Assembly: GCF_000012925.1 (NCBI RefSeq)
Contig: NC_007517.1
Span: 1,500,001 to 1,532,000, forward strand
Length of the DNA stretch: 32,000 nucleotides
Direction of reading: 5' to 3'
From: Geobacter metallireducens GS-15
GTDB taxonomy: Bacteria; Desulfobacterota; Desulfuromonadia; Geobacterales; Geobacteraceae
The position numbers were made by a program, and so were the translations under genes. The notes under the pieces are model-generated. The model was not told where the DNA came from, made no database searches, and saw only the letters and a list, made by a program, of their open reading frames with translations. The number at the start of each line of letters is the position of its first letter. The stretch's first letter is position 1. Of this stretch, positions 1 through 8,060 are shown one piece after another.

Positions 1-695
1 TCTTTGAATTGGGGATCAACCTGGGGAAGGAGTTCGGCGGGCCAGGGGTGAACAACAGCTTCGGTGATTACGTGCGGGGGATTGTCGGCGGCACGAGCGC
101 GGATAATACCAACAACCTGGCCGGGGTGGAGATGCGATTGAGGCTCCCGTTCCTGCGCAATACCGAGATCTACGGCGAGTTCTCCGGGGAGGATTCGGCC
201 TCATTCTGGCCCATCGTGGAGAGCTACGTGGCCGGCTTCTTCATCCCCCGTCTCACTGCCGGCGGCAGGGACGACCTCCGCTTCGAGTTCTTCAAGGGGA
301 ACAACATCCTCTACACCAGCGGCACATTCCCGGAGGGATACCTCTATAAGGGGATGCCTATCGGCCACTCCCAGGGGGGAGCGGTCATCGAGTTCTATCT
401 CCGCTACAGCCACTGGTTCTCGGCGCGGAACAATCTGGCGCTGGAGTTCTACCGCACCGACCGGGGCCACGAGGGGAGGGTGAAGGTGGACGCCGCAGGC
501 AACTTTGATCCGAATGGCGTCATGCAGGCCATCGAGAAAAAGCATGCTGGCCGGATTTCCTGGACCCTCCCGGTCCATGGCGATCTGGACATGAACCTTC
601 TATACGGCATCGAGAAGGTCGAAAATGTTGACCTGCGGTCAGGAAATGACCGCACCAACCAGCTCTTCAAGGCGGAGTTGCGGTATCGGTATTGA
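1..695 (+). CDS. Outer-membrane beta-barrel protein, capsule-assembly Wzi-like (5' end cut by the window edge)
   Basis: Frame 3 is open from the window edge; codons ttt-gaa precede the track's artificial TTG 'M' at 9. The stop is TGA at 693-695. The translation shows an alternating beta-strand pattern and ends ...AELRYRY, an aromatic C-terminal signal typical of OM barrels. It lies next to polysaccharide export genes. The Wzi family assignment is from memory only. Confidence 0.5.
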   Translation, partial: FELGINLGKEFGGPGVNNSFGDYVRGIVGGTSADNTNNLAGVEMRLRLPFLRNTEIYGEFSGEDSASFWPIVESYVAGFFIPRLTAGGRDDLRFEFFKGNNILYTSGTFPEGYLYKGMPIGHSQGGAVIEFYLRYSHWFSARNNLALEFYRTDRGHEGRVKVDAAGNFDPNGVMQAIEKKHAGRISWTLPVHGDLDMNLLYGIEKVENVDLRSGNDRTNQLFKAELRYRY

Positions 696-975
696 GTGAG
701 ATAGCGAGGAGCGAGGTAGTGAGGTAGCAAAAAGAAAGAAGCAAGTGCTGAGGAGTAAGACGGTGGGAGGACTGGATTGGAGAAGCCGCATAGGAAATTG
801 TTAGTATGGGAGAAATCCGTAGAACTGGCGGCGACGGTGTATAGGGTTACAGATGGTTTCCCACGACATGAGCAATTTGGCATCTCCAGCCAGATGCGGC
901 GTTCGGCAGTGAGCGTTCCTTCAAATATAGCTGAGGGTGCGGCAAGAAAAGGAGGTCATCTCGCTACCTCGCTAT
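696..975. repeat. Imperfect inverted-repeat cassette built from ATAGCGAG/GAGCGAG/GTAGTGAG octamers, enclosing a truncated four-helix-bundle ORF
   Basis: The left arm at 696-728 reads gtgag|atagcgag|gagcgag|gtagtgag|gtagc. The right arm at 960-975 reads ctcgctac|ctcgctat, which is the reverse complement of atagcgag|gtagcgag. The same repeat family recurs at 8735-8875. Confidence 0.7.
777..956 (+). pseudogene. Truncated four-helix-bundle protein (23S rRNA intervening-sequence protein / Avd family); only the N-terminal ~60 codons remain
   Basis: A TTG-initiated ORF reads MEKPHRKLLVWEKSVELAATVYRVTDGFPRHEQFGISSQMRRSAVSVPSNIAEGAARKGG. This matches the N-terminal half of the family as I remember it (the ...SIPSNIAEG... 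motif). Family-like sequence stops at 956, where the right repeat arm begins. The rest of the 97-aa ORF is read-through into the antisense strand of the next gene. Confidence 0.6.
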
Positions 976-2382
976 TCCTAATGCTCCCTCCAACGCCTTT
1001 CGCGCCTTTTCCTCCCCATGCACCAGACGGATGGATCGGGGCGCCACGGGAATTCCGCGCACGAAATTGACCAGATCTCTCTGGTCGGCGTGGGCCGAGT
1101 AGCCGCTGATACTGTGGACCGTGGCCCTGAGGGGATAGCTGCCGCCATCCAGATCGATGCTGGTATGTTCCCCAGTGCCGGTACGCGTTTGCGCTGCCTC
1201 AAGGATTCCTCTCCCCGGCGTCCCGTGGGCCTGGTAACCGACAAAGAGAATGTCGGTGCGTGGGTCACCCATGAGGGCTTTGAGGTAGTTGACGATGCGT
1301 CCTCCGGCGCACATGCCGCCGGCGGCGATGACTACGCAGGGGCGGGCGGTCCCGCGGAGGTAGTCCACGGTGGCCCGGTGGTCGTTGTGGTTTTCGATGA
1401 CCGTCATCTGCTCGAAGGAGAGGGGATGGCGCCCCTGGGAGACGACCTCTGTCGCTTCCTGGTCCCAGAGATGGCGGAGCCGGTCGTAGACCTCGGTGAC
1501 GCGGAGGGCCAGGGGAGAGTCGACAATGATTTCAAGGTCGTCCCAGGGGAGGTTCGTGGCCGCCTCGTCATTCCTGTGTTCGGCGATGAGAGATTCAATC
1601 TCGTAGAGGAGTTCCTGGGTTCTGCCGATGCTGAAGGCAGGGACGAGGAGGGCTCCCCGGTTTTCCAGCGCCCGGATGATGACCTGCCGCAGTTTTTCCC
1701 GCCGCTGTTCCCGCCCTTCATGGAGGCGGTCGCCGTAGGTTGACTCCAGCACCAGGATATCGGCCCGCTCCGGTGGTGCCGGGTCGGGGAGGAGCGGTGT
1801 GAAGGGGGCTCCGAGGTCGCCGGAGAAAACCACGACCGTTTCGTTGTCGTGTCGCGATGCAGTTGTTTCCTGTACCGATGGGCGGGCGACGCTGAGTTCC
1901 GCATAGGCCGAGCCGAGGATGTGCCCCGCCTGCTGAAGGCGGAGCGATACATCCATGCCGTCCCAGGTACCGAGCTTGCGCCACGTGCCGTAGGGGAGGG
2001 GCGCTAGGCGCTTTTTCATGGCCCCGATGAACCGCTCGATGAGACCCTCGTCCCGGGTGATCCCCACCTTGACGGCGTCTTCGAGGACCAGGGGAAGGAG
2101 AAGGGCCGAGGCCTCGCTGCACCAGATTGGCCCCTGGAAGCCGGCCCCCATGAGGTGGGGTATGCGGCCGCAGTGGTCGATATGGACGTGGGTCAGGACC
2201 AGACCCTGGACCCGGTCGAGGGGAAAATCGATGAAAGGGGTATGCTTCTTCCCCTTTCCGGTGTCCGCATCATGTCCATGGAACAGACCGCAATCAATGA
2301 GAATACTTGCATTTTCGGAGATGACGAGTTCGTGGCACGACCCGGTTACGCCGTATTGCCCGCCGTGGTGAATGATTTCCAT
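964..2382 (-). CDS. MBL-fold metallo-hydrolase with beta-CASP / RNA-specificity domain (RNase J / CPSF-like)
   Basis: The HxHxDH motif is present (LTHVHIDHCGRIPHL), along with downstream beta-CASP-type motifs (ESTYGDR, ...SGYSAHADQRDL). I prefer the ATG at 2382 (MEIIHHGGQYGVTGSCH) because GGGGAGA lies 3 nt upstream. The track's start at 2448 adds 22 non-conserved residues. Confidence 0.85.
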   Translation of the reverse strand: MEIIHHGGQYGVTGSCHELVISENASILIDCGLFHGHDADTGKGKKHTPFIDFPLDRVQGLVLTHVHIDHCGRIPHLMGAGFQGPIWCSEASALLLPLVLEDAVKVGITRDEGLIERFIGAMKKRLAPLPYGTWRKLGTWDGMDVSLRLQQAGHILGSAYAELSVARPSVQETTASRHDNETVVVFSGDLGAPFTPLLPDPAPPERADILVLESTYGDRLHEGREQRREKLRQVIIRALENRGALLVPAFSIGRTQELLYEIESLIAEHRNDEAATNLPWDDLEIIVDSPLALRVTEVYDRLRHLWDQEATEVVSQGRHPLSFEQMTVIENHNDHRATVDYLRGTARPCVVIAAGGMCAGGRIVNYLKALMGDPRTDILFVGYQAHGTPGRGILEAAQTRTGTGEHTSIDLDGGSYPLRATVHSISGYSAHADQRDLVNFVRGIPVAPRSIRLVHGEEKARKALEGALGIAR

Positions 2383-2587
2383 GATCTCCCCTGTCAGTCT
2401 GATCGTAACGAATGAGAAGCTAATAATAAACTCGCCAGGGAAAGTCAAGGGAGATCAGGACGCACCGGGGATCGGGGCTTCGGCGGGAAGAGTGTTTTCG
2501 AGTTGACGGGCGGGGTGGGAACGGGGTACTTATCCATGTTCGTTACGCAGCGTTGTGCATCTGAATTAATTGACACATGAGGGACCA

Positions 2588-3865
2588 ATGAAGCGATCCA
2601 TACAATCTGCATTTCTGTTTTTCCTGGGAGGGGTGTTTGCCATTGCCGCAGTCGCCTGGGCGGTCGAGCCCAATGGCGCCGGCAGGGGTTACACCGGGAG
2701 CCAGTGGGATGTTTCCGGACCGGGCGGCGGATACGGCGTTCAGACCGCTCCGCAGGCAGGCGGGTACATGATGCAGGGAGCCCCTCTGTCAGGGAGCGGG
2801 TATGCCGTTCAGGGAGTCCAGCAACCCGGAGGGTATGCCGTTCCCGGATCCATGCAACCCGGCGGGTATGGGGTGACAGCTCCGGGCGGATATGGCGCTC
2901 CTCAGGTTCCAGGCGCGATCCAGTACCAGCAGGATACCGAACAGGAGCAGGGGCTTCGCCTCATGGACGAAGGCAAAGAGGTTGAGCAGGGGCCGAAACT
3001 GCTGCTCAAGGCGGAGCCGGGCGACGGCATGGTGTCACTCTCCTGGACGGTGACCGGCGTGCGCCGCAAGGCCGAGGATATCCCTCCCCGGTTTGTGGTT
3101 CTGTACGGGAGCGAACCGGAGAAGTATCTGAAGGCAGTACCGGTGGGCGACACCACCAGCTTCCGGGTGCGGGAGCTGAAGAACAACCAGATCTATTATT
3201 TCAGGATACAGGGGCTCCCCGGTCCTGGCCAGCGCCAACTGAAGGCTCTCGTCTCGGAAGAAATGAAGGCGATGCCCGTGCCGGTGGAAGAGTTGGGCTC
3301 GCCCCTGGAGCGGGCCTTTGCCCGCAAGAGCCCCACCCTTCTCGACAAGATCGAGCCCACGCCGGTGGACCGGACCCTCAAGCAGTTCGGCTACGAATTT
3401 TTCAAGAACAGCATCGCCAACCTGCCGGCGGTGGATAATCTGCCGGTCGGTTCCGATTATGTGATCGGCCCGGGCGATAAACTGCGGATCGACGTCTGGG
3501 GGAGCCTCCAGGCCCGCTACGACGCGCCGGTGGATCGCAACGGCGAGGTAACCATCCCGCGGGTCGGCGCCGTCAAGGTGTGGGGGCTCTCTTATGGTCA
3601 GGCCAAGGATGCGATCAACAAGGCCTTCTCCCGCTACTACAAGGGGTACGAACTCAACGTCACCCTCGGCAGCCTCAGGACCATCCAGGTCTACGTGGTT
3701 GGTGAGGTTGAGGTGCCCGGCACCTATAATGTCAGTTCCCTTGCCACCGTCATCAATGCCCTTGCCGCGGCAGGCGGGCCATCCAAAAACGGCAGCCTCC
3801 GCTCGATCCGGATTTCCCGGGGGGGAAGGCGGTCCAGGAGATCGACCTCTACGACATGTTCCTGA
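2588..3865 (+). CDS. Polysaccharide export protein (Wza/Poly_export + SLBB family), N-terminal portion upstream of a frameshift
   Basis: From the ATG at 2588 the product starts MKRSIQSAFLFFLGGVFAIAAVAWA, a signal peptide. It continues with a G/Y/Q-rich repeat region, an FN3-like segment (VSLSWTV...YYFRIQG), a Poly_export motif (DYVIGPGDKLRIDVWG) and a first SLBB repeat. This frame runs into nonsense (RRSRRSTSTTCS*) directly after the G7 run at 3819-3825. Confidence 0.8.
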   Translation: MKRSIQSAFLFFLGGVFAIAAVAWAVEPNGAGRGYTGSQWDVSGPGGGYGVQTAPQAGGYMMQGAPLSGSGYAVQGVQQPGGYAVPGSMQPGGYGVTAPGGYGAPQVPGAIQYQQDTEQEQGLRLMDEGKEVEQGPKLLLKAEPGDGMVSLSWTVTGVRRKAEDIPPRFVVLYGSEPEKYLKAVPVGDTTSFRVRELKNNQIYYFRIQGLPGPGQRQLKALVSEEMKAMPVPVEELGSPLERAFARKSPTLLDKIEPTPVDRTLKQFGYEFFKNSIANLPAVDNLPVGSDYVIGPGDKLRIDVWGSLQARYDAPVDRNGEVTIPRVGAVKVWGLSYGQAKDAINKAFSRYYKGYELNVTLGSLRTIQVYVVGEVEVPGTYNVSSLATVINALAAAGGPSKNGSLRSIRISRGGRRSRRSTSTTCS

Positions 3866-5562
3866 GCGGGGACCGGAGCCGTGATATCCGCCTGGAAAAC
3901 GGCGACACAGTCTTCGTGCCGGTCATCGGGCCGGTGGTTGCCGTGGCGGGGGAGGTCAAGCGGCCCGGCATTTATGAGGTCAAGGGGAAAACGGCCCTGC
4001 CGGCGCTTCTTGCCATGGCAGGGGGGATAACCGCTGCCGGCGACACGGGGCGGATTCAGGTGGAGCGGATCGAGGGGAACAGCACCCGGGTGGTCGCCGA
4101 TTACCTGACCGATGGAAGGTCGCCGGACACTGAACTGGCCAAGGTCGAGGTGCGGGACCACGACCTGGTGAACGTCTTCCCGGTCCGCGAGGCGATGCGC
4201 GAGGTGGTGACCCTGGCGGGGAATGTGGCACGTCCCGGCCCCTATCAGTTCCGGAAGGGGATGCGGGTGAAGGACCTCATTCCCGACGCGTCGGTTCTTC
4301 TTCCCGAGTCATACCTGGAGAGTGCCGAGATTACCCGCCTCTCGCCCACCGACTACCGCCGCGAGGTCATGACCGTCAATCTCCGTGAGGCCTTGAAGGG
4401 GAATCCGGCCGACAACGTGGAGTTGCAGGAGCAGGATACGATCAAGATTTTCTCCCGGGACGAGATGGTGGAGCGTCCCCGGGTTTCCATCAATGGACAG
4501 GTGGTGAATCCCGGCATCTATGACTACTTTCCCCGGATGACGGTCCGTGACCTGGTCACCGCTGCCGGCAGCCCCAAGCGCAACGCCTACCTGGAGAGCG
4601 CCGAACTGACAAGGGTGGCGGTTGGCGGCAACAGTGCCAAGGCGTCCCGCCTGGAAATCAACCTGGGCAAGGCCCTTGCCGGAGACCCGGCCCACAACCT
4701 GGTGCTGGAGCCCGAAGATGCCCTGATCGTACGGGGAATCGAGAACTGGCTTGAGGCCACCGATCGCTTCGTGACCCTGAGGGGAGAGGTGAAATTCCCC
4801 GGGACCTACTCCATTGCCAAGGGGGAGCGCCTGAGCTCGGTCATTGCCCGAGCCGGCGGTTTCACCGACAAGGCCTATCTGAAGGGGGCCAAGTTCAAGC
4901 GGAAGTCGGTTCGCGACGAGCAGCAGAAGAGGATGGACGAGGTGATCACCCGAACCGAGCAGGAAATCCTCCGCAAGCAGGGGGAACTGGCGGCGGTTGC
5001 GGCGTCCAAGGAGGAACTCGAAGCGACCCGCACGGCCCTGGAAGGGCTCCAGAAGAGCCTGGCCAAGCTGCGAGAGTCAAAGGCCGAAGGGCGTGTGGTG
5101 ATCCGCCTTGCCCAACTGGACACGTTCAGGAAGTCTCCCTATGATCTGGAGCTCATGGGGGGAGACATCCTCGAAGTGCCCCAGGTTTCCAGTGTCGTGA
5201 ACGTCATGGGGCAGGTCTACAACCCCACCTCCTTTGTCCATTTGCCGGGTGAAGATGTGGCTCACTACCTGAAGGATGCCGGCGGCCCCACCCGTGACGG
5301 CGAAGAAGACGACATGTACATCATCAGCGCCGACGGGTCGGTTCTCAGCCGCCATCAGACCTCCTTCGGCATCAGCTGGAGCGATTCCCAGCGCCGCTGG
5401 ACCTTTGGCGGGTTCCTGGCAACGCCCCTCGATCCGGGGGACACCCTGGTGGTGCCCCAGAAGCTTGAGCGGGTCGCCTGGATGCGGGAGATCAAGGACA
5501 TGACCACTATCCTGTCGCAGGTTGCCCTGACCGCCGGGGTGGTTGTGGCGGCCGGGCTGTAG
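3826..5562 (+). CDS. Polysaccharide export protein, C-terminal portion (same gene as 2588-3865, shifted frame)
   Basis: The shifted frame reads KAVQEIDLYDMFLSGDRSRDIRLENGDTVFVP from 3826, which is the expected continuation of the SLBB linker. Five further SLBB-like repeats follow (V.V.G.V..PG.Y), then a coiled coil and a C-terminal hydrophobic helix (ILSQVALTAGVVVAAGL). The track's Met at 3856 is internal to the domain. Confidence 0.8.
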   Translation, partial: KAVQEIDLYDMFLSGDRSRDIRLENGDTVFVPVIGPVVAVAGEVKRPGIYEVKGKTALPALLAMAGGITAAGDTGRIQVERIEGNSTRVVADYLTDGRSPDTELAKVEVRDHDLVNVFPVREAMREVVTLAGNVARPGPYQFRKGMRVKDLIPDASVLLPESYLESAEITRLSPTDYRREVMTVNLREALKGNPADNVELQEQDTIKIFSRDEMVERPRVSINGQVVNPGIYDYFPRMTVRDLVTAAGSPKRNAYLESAELTRVAVGGNSAKASRLEINLGKALAGDPAHNLVLEPEDALIVRGIENWLEATDRFVTLRGEVKFPGTYSIAKGERLSSVIARAGGFTDKAYLKGAKFKRKSVRDEQQKRMDEVITRTEQEILRKQGELAAVAASKEELEATRTALEGLQKSLAKLRESKAEGRVVIRLAQLDTFRKSPYDLELMGGDILEVPQVSSVVNVMGQVYNPTSFVHLPGEDVAHYLKDAGGPTRDGEEDDMYIISADGSVLSRHQTSFGISWSDSQRRWTFGGFLATPLDPGDTLVVPQKLERVAWMREIKDMTTILSQVALTAGVVVAAGL

Positions 5563-5574
5563 GGGCGAGACGAC

Positions 5575-6780
5575 ATGACTGATCCCATGAGAAATGAACA
5601 GATGGTCGAAGAGGACGAGATCAACCTTCTGGAGCTGCTCCAGGTGCTGGTACGGCGCAAGCGGCTCATTGCCGTGATGTGTGTTGCCGCGGCGCTCCTG
5701 TCGGCTGCGTACAGTCTCACCCTGCCCAATATCTATACCGGCACGGCACGGGTGCTTCCTCCCCAGAAGGACGGGGGGGGCGGTCTGTCGGCCCTGCTTG
5801 GTGGGCAGGCGGGGGCCCTTGCCGGACTGGCCGGCGTCGGAGGGCTCGGAGGCGGGGCGGATCTCTACGTGGGAATTCTGAAGAGCCGCTCTGTTGCCGA
5901 CGCGGTGATCAAAAAGCTCGATCTCCAGAAGGAACTGGAGACCAAAACTCCCGACGAGACACGCACCAAGCTGCAGAATGTCGTGAAAATCCAGGCCGGT
6001 AAAGACGGCATCATTACCGTTGCCGCCGACAGCAGAAACCCCCAGCTGGCGGCCCGGTTGGCCAATACCTTTGTCGATGAACTGGGGAAGAAAAGTGTCG
6101 AACTGAATCTGACCAAAGCCGGCACGGAACGGATTTTTCTGGAGAAGCGGCTCGATGTGGTGAAGGCAGACCTCAAGAAGGCGGAAGAAGCACTCAGGGG
6201 ATTCCAGGAGAAGAACCGCGCCTTCAAGGTTGACGACCAGGCCACCGCCACGATCGAAGGGGCAGCAAAACTCAAGGCCGAGATCGTCTCGAAGGAGGTG
6301 CAGCTTGCCTCGTTGCGCAGCTACCAGACCAACGAAAATCCCGAAGTGAAGGCCGTTGAGGCCGCCCTTGCCAGGCTCAGGGGGCAGTTGGGCGCCCTTA
6401 CCGGCGGGGGAAGAAGCAATGACCTGATGCTGTCGGCCGGGGCCATGCCGACCCTAGGGCTTGAGTACGTACGACTCATGCGCGAGGTGAAGACCCAGGA
6501 GGCCATATTTGAGCAGCTCACCAAGCAGTACGAGGTTGCCAAGCTGGGAGAGGCCAAGGATTCTTCTTCGATTCAGGTGCTCGATGAAGCAGTCGCTCCC
6601 CAGAAGAAGAGCAAGCCCAAGCGCTCCCTGATCGTTATCTTGTCAACGGTCACGGCGTTGTTTCTGGGTATTTTCATTGCGTTCATCCAGGAATATGCCC
6701 AGAAGATGAGTGACGAGGACCGCACTCGCTGGAACGAGATCAGGGAATCCCTCTCCCCGACCCGGGCTCGGCGCGGTTGA
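5575..6780 (+). CDS. Polysaccharide chain-length determinant / co-polymerase (Wzz N-terminal domain + GNVR), no kinase domain
   Basis: The N-terminus reads EINLLELLQVLVRRKRLI followed by a TM helix and the LPNIYTGTARVLP Wzz motif. A long coiled-coil periplasmic region follows. The C-terminus reads IQVLDEAVAPQKKSKPKRSLIVILS plus a second TM helix. The gene contains an in-frame G8 run at 5773-5780. Confidence 0.8.
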   Translation: MTDPMRNEQMVEEDEINLLELLQVLVRRKRLIAVMCVAAALLSAAYSLTLPNIYTGTARVLPPQKDGGGGLSALLGGQAGALAGLAGVGGLGGGADLYVGILKSRSVADAVIKKLDLQKELETKTPDETRTKLQNVVKIQAGKDGIITVAADSRNPQLAARLANTFVDELGKKSVELNLTKAGTERIFLEKRLDVVKADLKKAEEALRGFQEKNRAFKVDDQATATIEGAAKLKAEIVSKEVQLASLRSYQTNENPEVKAVEAALARLRGQLGALTGGGRSNDLMLSAGAMPTLGLEYVRLMREVKTQEAIFEQLTKQYEVAKLGEAKDSSSIQVLDEAVAPQKKSKPKRSLIVILSTVTALFLGIFIAFIQEYAQKMSDEDRTRWNEIRESLSPTRARRG

Positions 6781-6810
6781 CCGGCGAGATACTGTTTGAA
6801 TGGAGACCAC

Positions 6811-7989
6811 ATGAACGACAGTGCCAAGAAATTCCCTTCCCTTCGATTCCTTTTCCTCGCGGGGTGGGTGGGAACCATCATCTGGCTTTCGCTTGATCCG
6901 TCTCCGCCCCATCCCACCGTGGGGATCTTGGGGTGGGATAAGTTCCAGCACGCCTCGGCCTACGGGCTCCTTGCCCTGCTGTGGGGGAATTTCCTGGTGA
7001 CGTACCGCCGGTGCCAACGGCACTGCTGGCTCATGGCCTTCGCGGGTGCCGTCGTTTTCGGCGCCCTCATGGAGGTGGCCCAGGGAGTCCTGACGACGGC
7101 CAGGACCGCCGAGTTCGGCGACCTCGTTGCCGATGCGGTTGGAGCAGGTGCCGTGAGCCTTGCTGCCGGCGCCTGGAGTGCGAGAAGACTATCCCTGGCC
7201 TTTGTCGTGGCCGTGACGCTCCTTGCGGGTGTGCGGGGAGCCCAAGCCGATGACAACGGAGTGGGGGCCTTTGTGCGTGACGAGGCCGTAACCCTTCGCG
7301 ACGAGACCGGGGAATTTCTCGCTGCTCCCTTCCGGACCGACAACAACGCCATTTGGAAGACCCTGGCCGTTGCCGGTGCTGTCGGGCTTACCTACATATA
7401 CGACACTGACATCCGGGACAAGGTGCAGGAAACAAGGGGAAAGACCCTTGGCCGGGCAGCCGATGCCGGGAACGTGATCGGCAATCCCTTTGTTCACCTG
7501 GGGGTTGCCGGTGCCGTCTGGGGCGGGGGGCTCCTTGCCGATTCACCCCGATGGCGGGACACGGGGCTCATGATGGGGGAGGCGGCGGTCATCGCCGATG
7601 CCGCCACCTTGGTCCTGAAGCAAGCCGTCGGACGGGCGCGCCCCCTCACGGGGAGCAGCAAGGGGAGCTTCCGTCCCTTTCAGTTCACGTCCGATTACGA
7701 TTCATTCCCTTCCATGCACACGGCCAGCTCCTTTGCCATGGCCTCGGTCATCTCCCGTACCTCGGGGAGCGTCCCGGTGGGGGTTCTCTCCTATGCCACC
7801 GCCGCCTTTGTGGGGTTTTCACGCATGTACGAGGACAAACACTGGGCAAGCGACGTGCTCCTGGGCGCTGTCATCGGCGAGTTGGCAGGGCGGGTCGTCA
7901 CAGACCATTATGCGCGGAAGGGGAGTGTGACCCTGGTCCCTTCCGTCAGCGGATCGTCGGCTAGTTTAATGCTGGTAAAGAAGTTCTAG
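6811..7989 (+). CDS. VanZ-like membrane domain fused to a PAP2 (type 2 phosphatidic acid / undecaprenyl-PP-type) phosphatase domain
   Basis: The N-terminal part has VanZ-like helices (KFQHASAYGLLALL ... EVAQG ... FGDLVADAVGAG). The C-terminal part carries the PAP2 motifs KQAVGRARP, PSMH and SRMYEDKHWASD. I prefer the ATG at 6811, with GGAGA 5 nt upstream, over the TTG at 6796. Confidence 0.75.
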   Translation: MNDSAKKFPSLRFLFLAGWVGTIIWLSLDPSPPHPTVGILGWDKFQHASAYGLLALLWGNFLVTYRRCQRHCWLMAFAGAVVFGALMEVAQGVLTTARTAEFGDLVADAVGAGAVSLAAGAWSARRLSLAFVVAVTLLAGVRGAQADDNGVGAFVRDEAVTLRDETGEFLAAPFRTDNNAIWKTLAVAGAVGLTYIYDTDIRDKVQETRGKTLGRAADAGNVIGNPFVHLGVAGAVWGGGLLADSPRWRDTGLMMGEAAVIADAATLVLKQAVGRARPLTGSSKGSFRPFQFTSDYDSFPSMHTASSFAMASVISRTSGSVPVGVLSYATAAFVGFSRMYEDKHWASDVLLGAVIGELAGRVVTDHYARKGSVTLVPSVSGSSASLMLVKKF

Positions 7990-8060
7990 ATTAAGGGGTA
8001 ATGGTTTTTCAGGTCTCACCCGGTCCCTGATCACCGGTCCCCGATCCCGGAGGTTTTTTA

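Noticed and set aside
777-1070. The full 97-aa ORF as an intact small gene.
   Set aside because: Only the first 60 codons resemble the four-helix-bundle family. The remainder (HLATSLFLMLPPTPFAPF...) is antisense read-through of the MBL hydrolase gene and of the repeat arm.
2570-2587. N-terminal extensions offered by the ORF track for several genes: 2570, 6796, 12415, 12797, 17939, 19114, 21900, 26654 and 27584, plus the 'M' at position 9.
   Set aside because: The extensions begin at TTG or other alternative codons and overlap upstream genes or promoters. They also add residues absent from the conserved N-termini. Internal ATG, GTG or TTG codons with good SD sequences give canonical protein lengths, for example PII at 112 aa, GlnA at 470 aa and monomeric IDH at 740 aa.
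8017-8049. An imperfect tandem duplication, cacccggtccctgat / caccggtccccgat / cccgg, just upstream of the HAD gene RBS.
   Set aside because: It is short, has only two and a fraction copies, and is GC-rich like its surroundings. The most likely origin is a slippage duplication in a spacer, and I see no further supporting structure.
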